This document shows, piece after piece, positions 37,962 to 47,219 of a stretch of 64,000 nucleotides of DNA (position 1 is the first letter of the stretch; each line of letters begins with the position of its first letter). This DNA comes from Limisphaerales bacterium (GTDB lineage Bacteria > Verrucomicrobiota > Verrucomicrobiia > Limisphaerales > AAA164-E04), in assembly GCA_965221075.1 (NCBI GenBank), contig OZ244865.1, positions 2,052,043-2,116,042 on the forward strand, written 5' to 3'. The notes under the pieces were generated by a model. It saw only the letters and a list, made by a program, of their open reading frames with translations. It was not told where the DNA came from and did no database searches. Both the position numbers and the translations under genes were made by a program.

Positions 37962-40133
37962 CTACTGGACGAACAGGAACTGCTGGGTGTTGAGCAGGGA
38001 CCAGGCGATGTCCCTGACCGCCCCGTCCCTGCCATTCTCCAGACGGGGGGCCAGCATCCTGCGCTCTTCGCGGGTGGGCTCCCTCGAGAGGATCGAGAGG
38101 AATAGGACATCGAGGATCTCCCGCCGGCCGGCGGCCTGGGCGACCCGTTCCTCGAGGAGCGAGCCGGGCCTCCACAGGCTTGCGTGGTACTGGCTGTTGA
38201 TCAGCGTGAGCGCCTGGGGGACGTTGGCTTCGTCGTTGGCGTTCTCGATGGTCTCCCGGTCCGACTGGCCAAACTGGCGCAGGAAATGCCTGGGCGGAGC
38301 GGGGCTCGAGATCTCCGAGGCCCTCACGTATTCCCGGGAGATCCCCTTCCAGCGGCTGTCCTGCCGGGCGGAGGGGGAGCCGCCGTCGGCCTGGCGCAGC
38401 TGGACCAGGGACTCCTGCGCCTGCGACAACAGGCGGGCCAACTCCTTCCGGTCCCCCTTCTTCCGGGCCTGCTCGGTTTCCCGGATGATCTCCTTCAAGC
38501 GGCTGTCCAGCCGGACGGAGGAGGAGCCGCCGTCGGCCTGGCGCAGCTGGGCCAGGGATTCCTGGGCCTTCGACAACAGGCGGGCCGCCTCCCTCCGGTC
38601 CCCCTTCTTCCGAGCCTTCTGGGACTGCTCGATCAGCCCCAGGATCGCGTCGGTCCCTCGGACCGAGGCCTTGAGAGCCGCGGTCACGCGGGCCGGGTTC
38701 CTGCTGCGGACCCTGTCCTGCTCCAGCTGCTCCTCGGCCACCTCGAGGATCTCCTCGACGCTCTTGCCCTGGAGCGAGATGGCGACCCGGTCCCTCCGGC
38801 TGACTGGAGTCGGACCGGAACGGAGATCCACGTCGGGGACCAGCAGGGTCATCAGGGAGTCCCAGATCTGCTCGGCGCTCATCCGCTGCAACGGCCGTCC
38901 GGCGAAATGGTAGCCCTGCCCCGGATCCCTCTCCTCCTCCGCCGCTTCCTGCTGGTAGGTCCTGGTGCTGTAGAGGATCAGCATGAAGTCGCGCAGATCG
39001 AAGCCGAGCTCCACCATCAGGCCGGACAGGCGCTCCATCAGCTCGGGATGGGAGGGCTTGTAGCCGGTGGCCAGGTCGTCGACCGGCTCGATCAGCCCCG
39101 CGCCCATGGCCCGCTTCCAGAGGCGGTTGGCGATGACCGTCGCGAACCGGGGATTGTCCGGGGAGGTCAGCCACTGCGCGTATCCGTGCCTGAGGCTTCC
39201 GTCCCCCGAGGCATCCGGGGCCTCGCCGAAGATGACCGCGGGCTCCACCTCGCTGCGCGGGCTAGCGTCGTCGTACTGGTAGTCCTGGGGCAGCCTGAGC
39301 GGCCGACTCGTTTCGTGCACCCGGTGGCGGAGGGGACGGATCAGCTGGCGGGCCCTCTGGTGGACGCGGGGATCGATCCCCGACTCCTCCTTCGAGGCCG
39401 GCCGGGCATTGAGCCTGCGGTACTTCTGGAGCACGGACCGGTCGGTGGTCTGGACCCCGAAGATGTAGGCGGCCTGCCGGTAGTAGTCCATCTGGGTGAA
39501 GTCGTCGTAGGGATGGTCGTGGCACTGGGCGCAGACCAGCTGGGTTCCCATGAAGACCTGGAAGGTGTTGGCCAGATGGTCCAGCTCCATCCCCTGATCG
39601 CGCAGGTAGTATCCGGCGGCCCCGTTCTCCCAGATGTACCCCTCGGCCCCGATCAGCTCCCGCACCATCCGATCGTAGGGCATGTTGGACCGGAGCGCCT
39701 GCTTCACCCAGTCCAGGTAGTAGCGGCCCGGAACGTTGTTCATGGCGCTCTTCAGGCGGAGCAGATCGGCCCAGTAGTTGAATTCCCGGCTCACCGAGGC
39801 CTCGCTGCCCAGCAGGTCCCGGACCAGCTGCCGCCTCTTGCCCCGGGCCTCCGAGTCCAGGAAGTCCCGCGCCTCGTCCATGGTCGGGATCCGGCCCGCG
39901 ATGTCGAGATAGGCCCGGCGCAGGAACACCGGATCGGAGGCCGGAGGCCGCATGGGGATGTCGCGGGCCAGGAGGCCCGCCTCCACGAAGGCGTCGATCT
40001 GCTCGACATGCCGGTCGATCTCCTCGTCGGGCAGCCCGCCCGGGGGGCTGCCCGATCCGCTGCCCCGGGAGACGTACGCCAGGGGCAGAAGCAGGAGAAT
40101 CAGGACGAGACGTGCGGCGGAATGGGTTGCCAT
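37962..40133 (-). CDS. DUF1549/DUF1553 (PSD1-type) protein
   Basis: 723 aa with a signal peptide. DUF1549-type FLRRAYLDIAGRIPT. Central CAQCHDHPYD motif. C-terminal DUF1553-type region ending LLNTQQFLFVQ. 20 nt upstream of the DUF1501 gene, the canonical PVC pair. Confidence 0.85.
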   Translation of the reverse strand: MATHSAARLVLILLLLPLAYVSRGSGSGSPPGGLPDEEIDRHVEQIDAFVEAGLLARDIPMRPPASDPVFLRRAYLDIAGRIPTMDEARDFLDSEARGKRRQLVRDLLGSEASVSREFNYWADLLRLKSAMNNVPGRYYLDWVKQALRSNMPYDRMVRELIGAEGYIWENGAAGYYLRDQGMELDHLANTFQVFMGTQLVCAQCHDHPYDDFTQMDYYRQAAYIFGVQTTDRSVLQKYRRLNARPASKEESGIDPRVHQRARQLIRPLRHRVHETSRPLRLPQDYQYDDASPRSEVEPAVIFGEAPDASGDGSLRHGYAQWLTSPDNPRFATVIANRLWKRAMGAGLIEPVDDLATGYKPSHPELMERLSGLMVELGFDLRDFMLILYSTRTYQQEAAEEERDPGQGYHFAGRPLQRMSAEQIWDSLMTLLVPDVDLRSGPTPVSRRDRVAISLQGKSVEEILEVAEEQLEQDRVRSRNPARVTAALKASVRGTDAILGLIEQSQKARKKGDRREAARLLSKAQESLAQLRQADGGSSSVRLDSRLKEIIRETEQARKKGDRKELARLLSQAQESLVQLRQADGGSPSARQDSRWKGISREYVRASEISSPAPPRHFLRQFGQSDRETIENANDEANVPQALTLINSQYHASLWRPGSLLEERVAQAAGRREILDVLFLSILSREPTREERRMLAPRLENGRDGAVRDIAWSLLNTQQFLFVQ
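38351..38644. repeat. In-frame tandem duplication, 2 x 147 bp, inside the DUF1553 gene
   Basis: Unit 1 starts at 38351 and unit 2 at 38498. The first roughly 125 nt of each unit are about 88% identical (agcggctgtcc.gccgg.cggagg.ggagccgccgtcggcctggcgcagctgg.ccaggga.tcctg.gcc..cgacaacaggcgggcc..ctcc.tccggtcccccttcttccg). Encodes ARKKGDR(R/K)E(A/L)ARLLS(K/Q)AQESL(A/V)QLRQADGGS twice. Confidence 0.9.
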
Positions 40134-40214
40134 GGTCCGGGTCCGACGGATGCAGCGACTAGGGATCAGGGCGCATCATGCCGCATGCGCCCTGGAAAAC
40201 CAAGGAAGAAGCGA

Positions 40215-40571
40215 TCAGCCTCCTCTCCCGATAAAGCTCTTTAGCCGGTAGATCTGCTGCCCGGCATGACTGCCCGCCCGCCCCTGGGCCAAGTCGCTCT
40301 CCAGCCGCTGGATCAACGCCGTGATCTGGGCAGTCGCCCTCTCCTCCTCCTCGGTGGACATCTTCCGATGCGCGTCTGCTTCGACCAGCTTGACGCAGGC
40401 AGCGACCAGCTCGTCGAGCTGGTCGCTGCTGGCGCTGGCCACGTCCGGCGTGACGAACTCGTCGTAGAGAGCCTTCTCCTCGGGCGAAAGATCGCTGGAT
40501 ATGGACGAGCCGCAGCCGGCGAGTACTAGGGCAAGGGCGAAGGCGGGCAGATGGCGCAGGAGTCGGATCAT
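40215..40571 (-). CDS. Small lipoprotein, unknown function
   Basis: ORF 40215..41084 trimmed to ATG 40571. Lipobox signal MIRLLRHLPAFALALVLAGCGS. 118 aa, helical/acidic. Confidence 0.5.
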   Translation of the reverse strand: MIRLLRHLPAFALALVLAGCGSSISSDLSPEEKALYDEFVTPDVASASSDQLDELVAACVKLVEADAHRKMSTEEEERATAQITALIQRLESDLAQGRAGSHAGQQIYRLKSFIGRGG

Positions 40572-40710
40572 GGCTCTCCGATCCTGGGAACCTTCCAGTC
40601 CCGAAGACAAGATCAAACCCCAGGCGGCCATTGCTGCGGCAAGCCTTTGCAGGTGGACTCGCCCCGGGGAATCCCCTAGCCTTCCCCCGATCCGGCGATT
40701 CCAGACTGCG

Positions 40711-43542
40711 ATGAAGACCCGCGCCCTCCTCCCAGGCTCCGTCTTTCCCGGCATGCCAGGCTCCCTGCTCCGGCTGATTCCGTTCCTTGCATTGCCGATC
40801 CTGGCCGTGCAGGCCCTTGCGCAGCCGGTGACCGTGATCTTCGAGGACGACTTCTCCTCCAACGCCATCGATTCCGACCGGTACGAGCCGGCCGAGCCCT
40901 TCTTCGAGGGCGGCAAGGGCGACATCCGCGCCGAGCCGGGCGACGGCGTGATGCGCTTCGTGGGGACCACCACCCAGCAGTGGTGGTCGGGCAGCACCCT
41001 GCGCATCAAGGAGAGCTTCGAGGCCACCGAGGCCTCGCCGGTCACCCTGCACATCGACCGGGTCGAGGAGGCAGGCCAGGGCACCGCCTCCCGAAGCGCC
41101 CTGTGGATCTTCGACGAGACCGAGTCCCGCTACATCCTCTTCGCCGACGTCCGGGGCGAGGGAGGCTGGCGCTACAACCGAAAGATCCTGGAGCCCGGGG
41201 ACGTGCCCACCGGGGGAGGGAACAACATCGGGGCCTTCGACGGAGAGGACGACGGGCTGCTCTACACCATGAGCATGGAGGCGGACGGCTCGACGGTGAA
41301 GCTCTACCTGGACGGCGAGCAGGGAGCCGAGGTGGAGTTCCCCTTCTCGCCGGTGATCTTCCACTTCGGATCCTACGCCCGGGCCAACAACGACACCGCC
41401 GAGACCATCTGGGACAACCTGAGGATCGAGCGAGTCGGCAGCGCCACCTTCGCCGAGACCGAGCTGGTCCTGATGGCCGGGGCGCCGCCCGGCGAGATCA
41501 CCATCGCCCTTCCGCAGGGCGCCAACGCCGACAGCGCGGTGACCGTGGACCTGATCAGCGCCGATCCCGGCACCGCGGCGGCTTCCGGATCCCAGGAGGG
41601 GCGGCTCCCGGTCGTGTTTCCCGCCGGAGGGGCCGAGTCGATGAAGGTGCCAATCGAGGGGCTCTCGGCCGGATCAACCGAGCTCTCCCTGTCGAGCTCA
41701 GACCTGAACACCGTGGGAGCAGTGGAGGTCACCGTCCTGGAACGGTTCGGGGAGGTCCTCTCGGACGGCTTCTCGGGCGCCTCCGATCTCTGGGATAACA
41801 ACATCGACGGCCTGGCCGGCGGAGTGGGCACCCACAATCCGGTCCAGGAAGGAGGGCAGCTGAAGATCGAGGGCTGGACCGATACCGATTCCTGGGCCGG
41901 GGCCTCTGCGGCGACCCGGGCCCCGTTCCTGGCGACTCCCGATATCAACCTGGTGGCCGAGGCGGACCGAGTCTCGGTGGCGGCCGAAGGAACCACCCGC
42001 TCGGGAATCTTCCTCTCCAACGCCGACCGGTCCCGCTACCTGTTCCTCTCGCAGGAGTACAGGGACGGAAACGATTCGGGAGCGGCCACCTGGCATGTCA
42101 ACGTCAACCCAGGCTCGCCCAGCGGGACCGGCACGGTGATCCCCGCCTTCTCGGGGATGGACGGCGACGGCAGCTACCGGCTCGGGCTGATCGCCGACGG
42201 AAGCATGGTCGAAGTGCTTCTCGACGGCGTATCGGGGGGCCGCTTCCCGTTCCCCGTCTCCAGCGGCATCCACTTCGCCATCGGGGCCTACGGGCAGTCC
42301 GTCGACGATCACGTCGACGCCCGGTTCGACAACGCTTCGGTCTCCTACGCCCTGCCCTGCATCCGGCTGGAGTCCCCCACCCCCTCGATCACCCTGGGAC
42401 AGAGCGGGGAGATGACGGTGAGCGTTCCCCGGCTGATCGCCGACCGGGAGGTCAGGGTGGCCCTGGCCTCCAGCGACCTCTCCGTGGCGGTCCCCGCCGG
42501 CGCCTCCGGCGGCTCCCTGGAGCTGGTCTTCCCGGCCGGTTCGGCCCGGTCCCGGACGGTGGCGATCGAGCCCCGGGGGATCGGAAGCGCCGTCTTCTCC
42601 CTCTCCGGCAGCCAGGACGGGGCTTGCCTCGGGCCTCCCGCCGAGCTCCGCGTGTACCCCCGTCCCGAGGTTCTCCTCTCCGACGGCTTCGACGGAACGC
42701 AGCTCGACGCCGGCCTCTGGCAGGTAGAGTCCGCCTCCTTCAACCAGAGCGGAAGGGCCAAGCCAGAGCCCGACTCCTCGGTGAGCCTGGCCGACGGCCG
42801 CCTGCGCATCCACGTCGAGGTGGAGGCCCCCCTGTGGCCGGGCCTGGCGGTGTTCACCCAAGAGACCTTCTCCGCCTCCGATTCCGAGCCCCTGACCTTC
42901 TCCGTCGAGCGCAGCCTGGTGGACTTCGTCCTGGCCGCCGGGACCAGCTCCGAGAGCCGGACCGGGATCTGGGCCCGCAGCGGGGACGAATACATCCTCT
43001 TCGTCGACCATACCACCCACGACGCCCGCGACTTCGGATGGCGGTACAACCGGAGCGGGGGAGCCGACGAAAACGAGATTTCGGGGGACGGGATCAACAT
43101 CCCCGCCTTCGACGGAGGCACCTTCGACAACCGAGGCAGCCATCTGGTCTCGATGGTCCTCGACGGAGCCACCGCCCGGCTCTATCTCGACGGAGTCCCG
43201 GGACCCCGGCTGCCCTTCCCCCACGCCGAGGACATCGCCTTCGGCATCGGGGCCTACGCCGACGACATCGGCCCCAACGACGCCGAAGGCAACATCGTGG
43301 GCAACCAGACCATCGGCCTCTTCGACAACGCCCTGGTTACCGGAGGCTCCGCCGCCGCGGGACCTGCGGGGATCACCGCCGTGTCGCTCTCCCAGGGCAG
43401 CCTGGTGCTCGAATGGTCCGGGCGGGCCCTGGAGCAGGCCGACGCGGTGACCGGTCCCTGGACGCCGATCGCCGGAGCGTCTCCTCCCTCCTTCTCCCTG
43501 CCCGTCGGGGCGGAGGCCAGGTTCGTCCGGGTGGTTCCCTAG
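40711..43542 (+). CDS. Large secreted protein with three homologous concanavalin/LamG-like modules and a conserved C-terminal tail
   Basis: ORF 40501..43542 trimmed to ATG 40711 (signal MKTRALLPGSVFPGMPGSLLRLIPFLALPILAVQALA). Three modules each begin (F/L)xDxF and contain RY(I/L)(L/F)F ... GW(R)YN ... IPAFDG ... (V/A)(K/R/E)L(Y/L)LDG ... F(H/A)(F/I)G(S/A)Y ... FDN. Confidence 0.65.
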   Translation: MKTRALLPGSVFPGMPGSLLRLIPFLALPILAVQALAQPVTVIFEDDFSSNAIDSDRYEPAEPFFEGGKGDIRAEPGDGVMRFVGTTTQQWWSGSTLRIKESFEATEASPVTLHIDRVEEAGQGTASRSALWIFDETESRYILFADVRGEGGWRYNRKILEPGDVPTGGGNNIGAFDGEDDGLLYTMSMEADGSTVKLYLDGEQGAEVEFPFSPVIFHFGSYARANNDTAETIWDNLRIERVGSATFAETELVLMAGAPPGEITIALPQGANADSAVTVDLISADPGTAAASGSQEGRLPVVFPAGGAESMKVPIEGLSAGSTELSLSSSDLNTVGAVEVTVLERFGEVLSDGFSGASDLWDNNIDGLAGGVGTHNPVQEGGQLKIEGWTDTDSWAGASAATRAPFLATPDINLVAEADRVSVAAEGTTRSGIFLSNADRSRYLFLSQEYRDGNDSGAATWHVNVNPGSPSGTGTVIPAFSGMDGDGSYRLGLIADGSMVEVLLDGVSGGRFPFPVSSGIHFAIGAYGQSVDDHVDARFDNASVSYALPCIRLESPTPSITLGQSGEMTVSVPRLIADREVRVALASSDLSVAVPAGASGGSLELVFPAGSARSRTVAIEPRGIGSAVFSLSGSQDGACLGPPAELRVYPRPEVLLSDGFDGTQLDAGLWQVESASFNQSGRAKPEPDSSVSLADGRLRIHVEVEAPLWPGLAVFTQETFSASDSEPLTFSVERSLVDFVLAAGTSSESRTGIWARSGDEYILFVDHTTHDARDFGWRYNRSGGADENEISGDGINIPAFDGGTFDNRGSHLVSMVLDGATARLYLDGVPGPRLPFPHAEDIAFGIGAYADDIGPNDAEGNIVGNQTIGLFDNALVTGGSAAAGPAGITAVSLSQGSLVLEWSGRALEQADAVTGPWTPIAGASPPSFSLPVGAEARFVRVVP

Positions 43543-43561
43543 CCGGACGGAGGCCCGCAGC

Positions 43562-46500
43562 GTGGGTCTCGGAGGAGGAATCGCCCGGGAAGCGGCGGCC
43601 TGCCTGCTGGTCCTGTCCTCTCCCGGCCTGGCGGCCCTGGAGTGGGAGCCGTGGGAGGGCCACCACCGGGCCCCGCTGGCAGAGCCCCCTCCGGGGAGGC
43701 CCGGCTTCGAGTCCCTCCCCCCCGGACGGACCGGGATCGGATTCGTCAACCGGCTGGAGACGGCCTCCTCGCTGACCAACCAGGTGCTCCTCAACGGCTC
43801 GGGCGTGGCCCTGGCCGACGTGGACGGGGACGGGCTCTGCGACCTCTACCTCTGCGGCCTGGAGACTCCCAACCGGCTCTACCGCAACCTGGGCGGCTGG
43901 CGCTTCGCCGATCTCACCGGAACGTCGGGAACCGCCTGCGGCTCGCAGGCCTCCACCGGAGCGGCCTTCGCCGACGTGGACGGCGACGGCGACATGGACC
44001 TGCTGGTGGCCGGCCTGAGGGCGGGCGTCCGGCTCTTCCTCAACCAGGGCGGCTTCCGCTTCGAGGAGGCCACCGGCCCGCACGGGCTGGGAGGGGACGC
44101 GGGAGCGACCTCGATGGCCCTGGGGGACGCCGACGGGGACGGGTGGCTCGACCTCTACGCGGTCCACTACCGCAACGCCACCTTCCGCGACGATCCCGAG
44201 GCCGAGTTCGACGTGCGCATCGAGGGGGGGACGCACCGGCTGCTCGCCTACAACGGGCGTCCGGTCTCCCTTCCCGAGCTCCAGGGCCGCTTCTCCCTGG
44301 GCAGCAACAACGGGATCCTGGAGAACGGGCAGGCCGACGCCTTCTACCGCGGCCTGGGCGGGGGACGCTTCGGGCGCGTTCCCTGGGACGGGAGCGTCTT
44401 CCGGGAGGGCGACGGCAGCCCCTCCCCTCCTCCCTACGACTGGGGGCTCTCGGCCCAGATGCGGGATCTGGACGGCGACTCCCACCCCGACCTGTACGTC
44501 TGCAACGACTTCCAGTCCCCCGACCGCATCTGGATCAACGACGGGCGGGGAGGCTTCCGCCCGATCGCCCCGGAGGCCATCGGCCAGACCAGCCTCTTCT
44601 CCATGGGAGCCGATGCCGCCGACATCGACCGCGACGGCCACGACGACATCTTCGTCGCCGACATGCTCAGCCCCCGGCACGCCGACCGCATGGTCCAGGT
44701 GATGGAGCCCTCGGCCTTCGCCCAGTACCGGGACAGCCAGGGGGCCCGCCCCCAGTACCCCCGCAACACCCTCCTGCTCTCCCGGGGCGACGGGACCTAC
44801 GCCGAGATCGCCCGGCTGGCCCGCCTCGACGCCTCCTACTGGTCCTGGTGCCCCGTCTTCCTGGATGTCGATCTCGACGGCCTCGAGGACCTGCTGGTCA
44901 CCACCGGCCACTGGCGCGACGCGCAGAACGCCGACATCTCCATGGAGATCGACCGGAGGATCCGGGAAGGCTCCCTGCGGGGCCGGGCCCGGCTGGAGGA
45001 GCGCCGCCGCTTCCCCCGGCTGGAGACCCCCAACGTGGCCTTCGCCAACCGGGGAGGGCTCCTCTTCGAGGAGAAGGGAGCGGAATGGGGCTTCGACTCC
45101 CGGCGCATCAGCCACGGCATGGCCCTGGCCGACCTGGACCAGGACGGGGACTCCGACGTGGTGGTCAACTGCCTGAACGCGCCCCCGCTGGTGCTCCGCA
45201 ACACCGGCGAGGCCCCCCGGATCCGGGTCGTCCTGAGCGGACGCCCGCCCAACACCCGGGGCATCGGGGCCCGCATCGTCCTGGACGCCCCGGATCTGCC
45301 GCCGCAGTCCCAGGAGATCCTGGCGGGAGGGCGCTACCTCTCCTCCGGGGAGCCGGCCCGGAGCTTCGCCTGCCCCCGCGGCCCGGCCGGGCTGAGGGTG
45401 GAGTGGCGCAGCGGGGAGGTGTCCCTGGCCGCCGGAGTGGCCCCCGGATGGATCTACCGGATCGGCCAGGACCGGGCCAGGGCCGCCGACGCGCCCGGGG
45501 AGGGGCCGGCGCCGCTCTTCGCCGACGCCAGCTCCCTGCTGGAGCACGTCCACCAGGACACCCCGTTCAACGACCGCCTGCTGCAGGCCCTGCTGCCCCG
45601 CAGGTCGAGCGAGTCGGGCCCCGGGATCAGCTGGTTCGACTACAACCGCGACGGCTGGGAGGACCTGTTCGTCGGGGGAGGCCGGGGCGGACGCCTGGGA
45701 GTGTTCCGAAACGACGGGGGGCTGCGGTTCGTCCGGCAGAGATCCCCGCTGTTCTCCGCTCCGCTGCAGCGCGATCACGGGACCGTCCTGGGACGCCTCG
45801 ATCCCCATTCGCTGCTGCTCTGCCTCGCCAACCTGGAGCCCGGGGGGGCCGACGAGCCGGCCCTGGAGGCCCTCTCGCTCGCCGACGGAACCCTCCGGAG
45901 GGAAATCCTCCCCTCCCCGGCCAGCCACGGCCCCATGGCCCTGGGCGACGCCGACGGGGACGGGCGCCTCGATCTCTTCGTCGGCGCCCACCGGCTTCCG
46001 GGCCGCTACCCCCTCGCTCCCGGCTCCCGGATCCTGAAGGACCGGGAGGGAACCCTGGCGCCCGATCCCGAGGCGTCGCGGCCCTTCGGCGGGGCGGGGA
46101 TGGTGAGCAGCGCCCTGTTCACCCACCTGGACGGCGACGGACTGGCCGATCTGGTCCTGGCGGGGGAGTGGGCGCCCCTGCGGCTGTACCGGCAGCGGGA
46201 GGGCCGGCTCGAGCCCTGGGATCCCCCCGTGCGGCCCCACGGCGTCCCCCTGAGCCGGCTGCCGGGGCTCTTCAACAGCGTCGCCAGCGGGGACTTCGAC
46301 GGCGACGGACGCCTGGATCTGGCTGCCGGGAACATGGGGCGCAACACCGCCTGGCCCCGCCGCCGCCTCTACTACCAGGCGCGTCCCTCGGGAACGCTGC
46401 CGCTGCTGGAGGCCTACTACAGCCGGGAGCGGGACGCCTGGCTCCCGGTGCACGAGCGCGACCGCCTGGCGGGATCCTTCCCCGCCCTGCGCGGCCGGTG

Positions 46501-47218
46501 GAAGACCCACCGGGACTACGCCGGGGAGACCATGGAGTCCCTGCTGGAGGAGCACCTGCCTCCCATGGAGTTCCTGGAGGCGCGCCTGGCCGACTCGGTG
46601 GTCCTGCTGCACCGGGGAGACCACTACCTGATGCGCCCCCTGCCGCTGGAGGCCCAGTTCGCTCCGGTCTTCGGGCTCGACGCCGGGGACGTGGACGGAG
46701 ACGGTGACATCGACATCGCGCTGGCCCAGAACCTGTGGTCGGCCTCCTCGATCTACGGACGCCAGGACGCCGGCTCCGCCCTGATCCTGCTCAACGACGG
46801 GCGGGGCCGCTTCCATGCTCTCCCCCCCTCCCGCAGCGGGGTGGCCTCCCGGGGCCAGGGACGGGGGCTGGCCCTCTGCGACTTCGACGGCGACGGGCGC
46901 CTGGATCTGGCCGCCGGGCAGCACCGGGGCCCCACCCGGCTCTGGCGCAACCAGGGGGCCGAGCCCCTGGTCCGCCTCAGGCTACAGGGACCGCCCTCCA
47001 ACCCCGGGGCCGTCGGGGCCCGGGTCCGGCCCGCCTCCGGAGGACCCGTCCAGGAGATCTCCGCCGGAGGAGGCTACTGGTCGCAGCGTCCGGCCACCCT
47101 GCTCGTCCCCCGCGCCGAATCGCTGGAGATACACTGGCCCGGAGGCGGGGTCCAGGCCCTGCCCGTTCCCGCCGGGGCCGCCGAGCTCTCGGGCCGCCAC
47201 CCCGGCAGCCGGGAGTGA
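43562..47218 (+). CDS. ASPIC/UnbV-domain protein with FG-GAP/VCBS repeats (CRTAC1-like)
   Basis: 1218 aa with GTG start. Many Ca-binding FG-GAP loops (ADVDGDGLCDLYL, ADVDGDGDMDLLV, DADGDGWLDLY, DLDGDSHPDLYV, DIDRDGHDDIFV, DLDQDGDSDVVV, DADGDGRLDLFV, DFDGDGRLDL x2, DVDGDGDIDI). Two UnbV_ASPIC-like segments (GIGARIVLD ... GGRYLSSGE; AVGARVRP ... GGGYWSQ). Confidence 0.85.
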   Translation: MGLGGGIAREAAACLLVLSSPGLAALEWEPWEGHHRAPLAEPPPGRPGFESLPPGRTGIGFVNRLETASSLTNQVLLNGSGVALADVDGDGLCDLYLCGLETPNRLYRNLGGWRFADLTGTSGTACGSQASTGAAFADVDGDGDMDLLVAGLRAGVRLFLNQGGFRFEEATGPHGLGGDAGATSMALGDADGDGWLDLYAVHYRNATFRDDPEAEFDVRIEGGTHRLLAYNGRPVSLPELQGRFSLGSNNGILENGQADAFYRGLGGGRFGRVPWDGSVFREGDGSPSPPPYDWGLSAQMRDLDGDSHPDLYVCNDFQSPDRIWINDGRGGFRPIAPEAIGQTSLFSMGADAADIDRDGHDDIFVADMLSPRHADRMVQVMEPSAFAQYRDSQGARPQYPRNTLLLSRGDGTYAEIARLARLDASYWSWCPVFLDVDLDGLEDLLVTTGHWRDAQNADISMEIDRRIREGSLRGRARLEERRRFPRLETPNVAFANRGGLLFEEKGAEWGFDSRRISHGMALADLDQDGDSDVVVNCLNAPPLVLRNTGEAPRIRVVLSGRPPNTRGIGARIVLDAPDLPPQSQEILAGGRYLSSGEPARSFACPRGPAGLRVEWRSGEVSLAAGVAPGWIYRIGQDRARAADAPGEGPAPLFADASSLLEHVHQDTPFNDRLLQALLPRRSSESGPGISWFDYNRDGWEDLFVGGGRGGRLGVFRNDGGLRFVRQRSPLFSAPLQRDHGTVLGRLDPHSLLLCLANLEPGGADEPALEALSLADGTLRREILPSPASHGPMALGDADGDGRLDLFVGAHRLPGRYPLAPGSRILKDREGTLAPDPEASRPFGGAGMVSSALFTHLDGDGLADLVLAGEWAPLRLYRQREGRLEPWDPPVRPHGVPLSRLPGLFNSVASGDFDGDGRLDLAAGNMGRNTAWPRRRLYYQARPSGTLPLLEAYYSRERDAWLPVHERDRLAGSFPALRGRWKTHRDYAGETMESLLEEHLPPMEFLEARLADSVVLLHRGDHYLMRPLPLEAQFAPVFGLDAGDVDGDGDIDIALAQNLWSASSIYGRQDAGSALILLNDGRGRFHALPPSRSGVASRGQGRGLALCDFDGDGRLDLAAGQHRGPTRLWRNQGAEPLVRLRLQGPPSNPGAVGARVRPASGGPVQEISAGGGYWSQRPATLLVPRAESLEIHWPGGGVQALPVPAGAAELSGRHPGSRE

Positions 47219-47219
47219 C

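Noticed and set aside
38351-38644. Could the 147-bp repeats be a CRISPR or other non-coding array?
   Set aside because: There are only two units, directly adjacent without spacers, in frame inside a well-supported gene. It is a coding tandem duplication.
43373-46924. 1183-aa ORF on the minus strand, antisense to the ASPIC/FG-GAP gene
   Set aside because: The translation is Gly/Arg/Pro/Ala/Val-rich low complexity with no family motif. The plus-strand frame carries more than 10 clean FG-GAP calcium loops and UnbV motifs. It is a typical stop-poor shadow frame of about 67% GC DNA.
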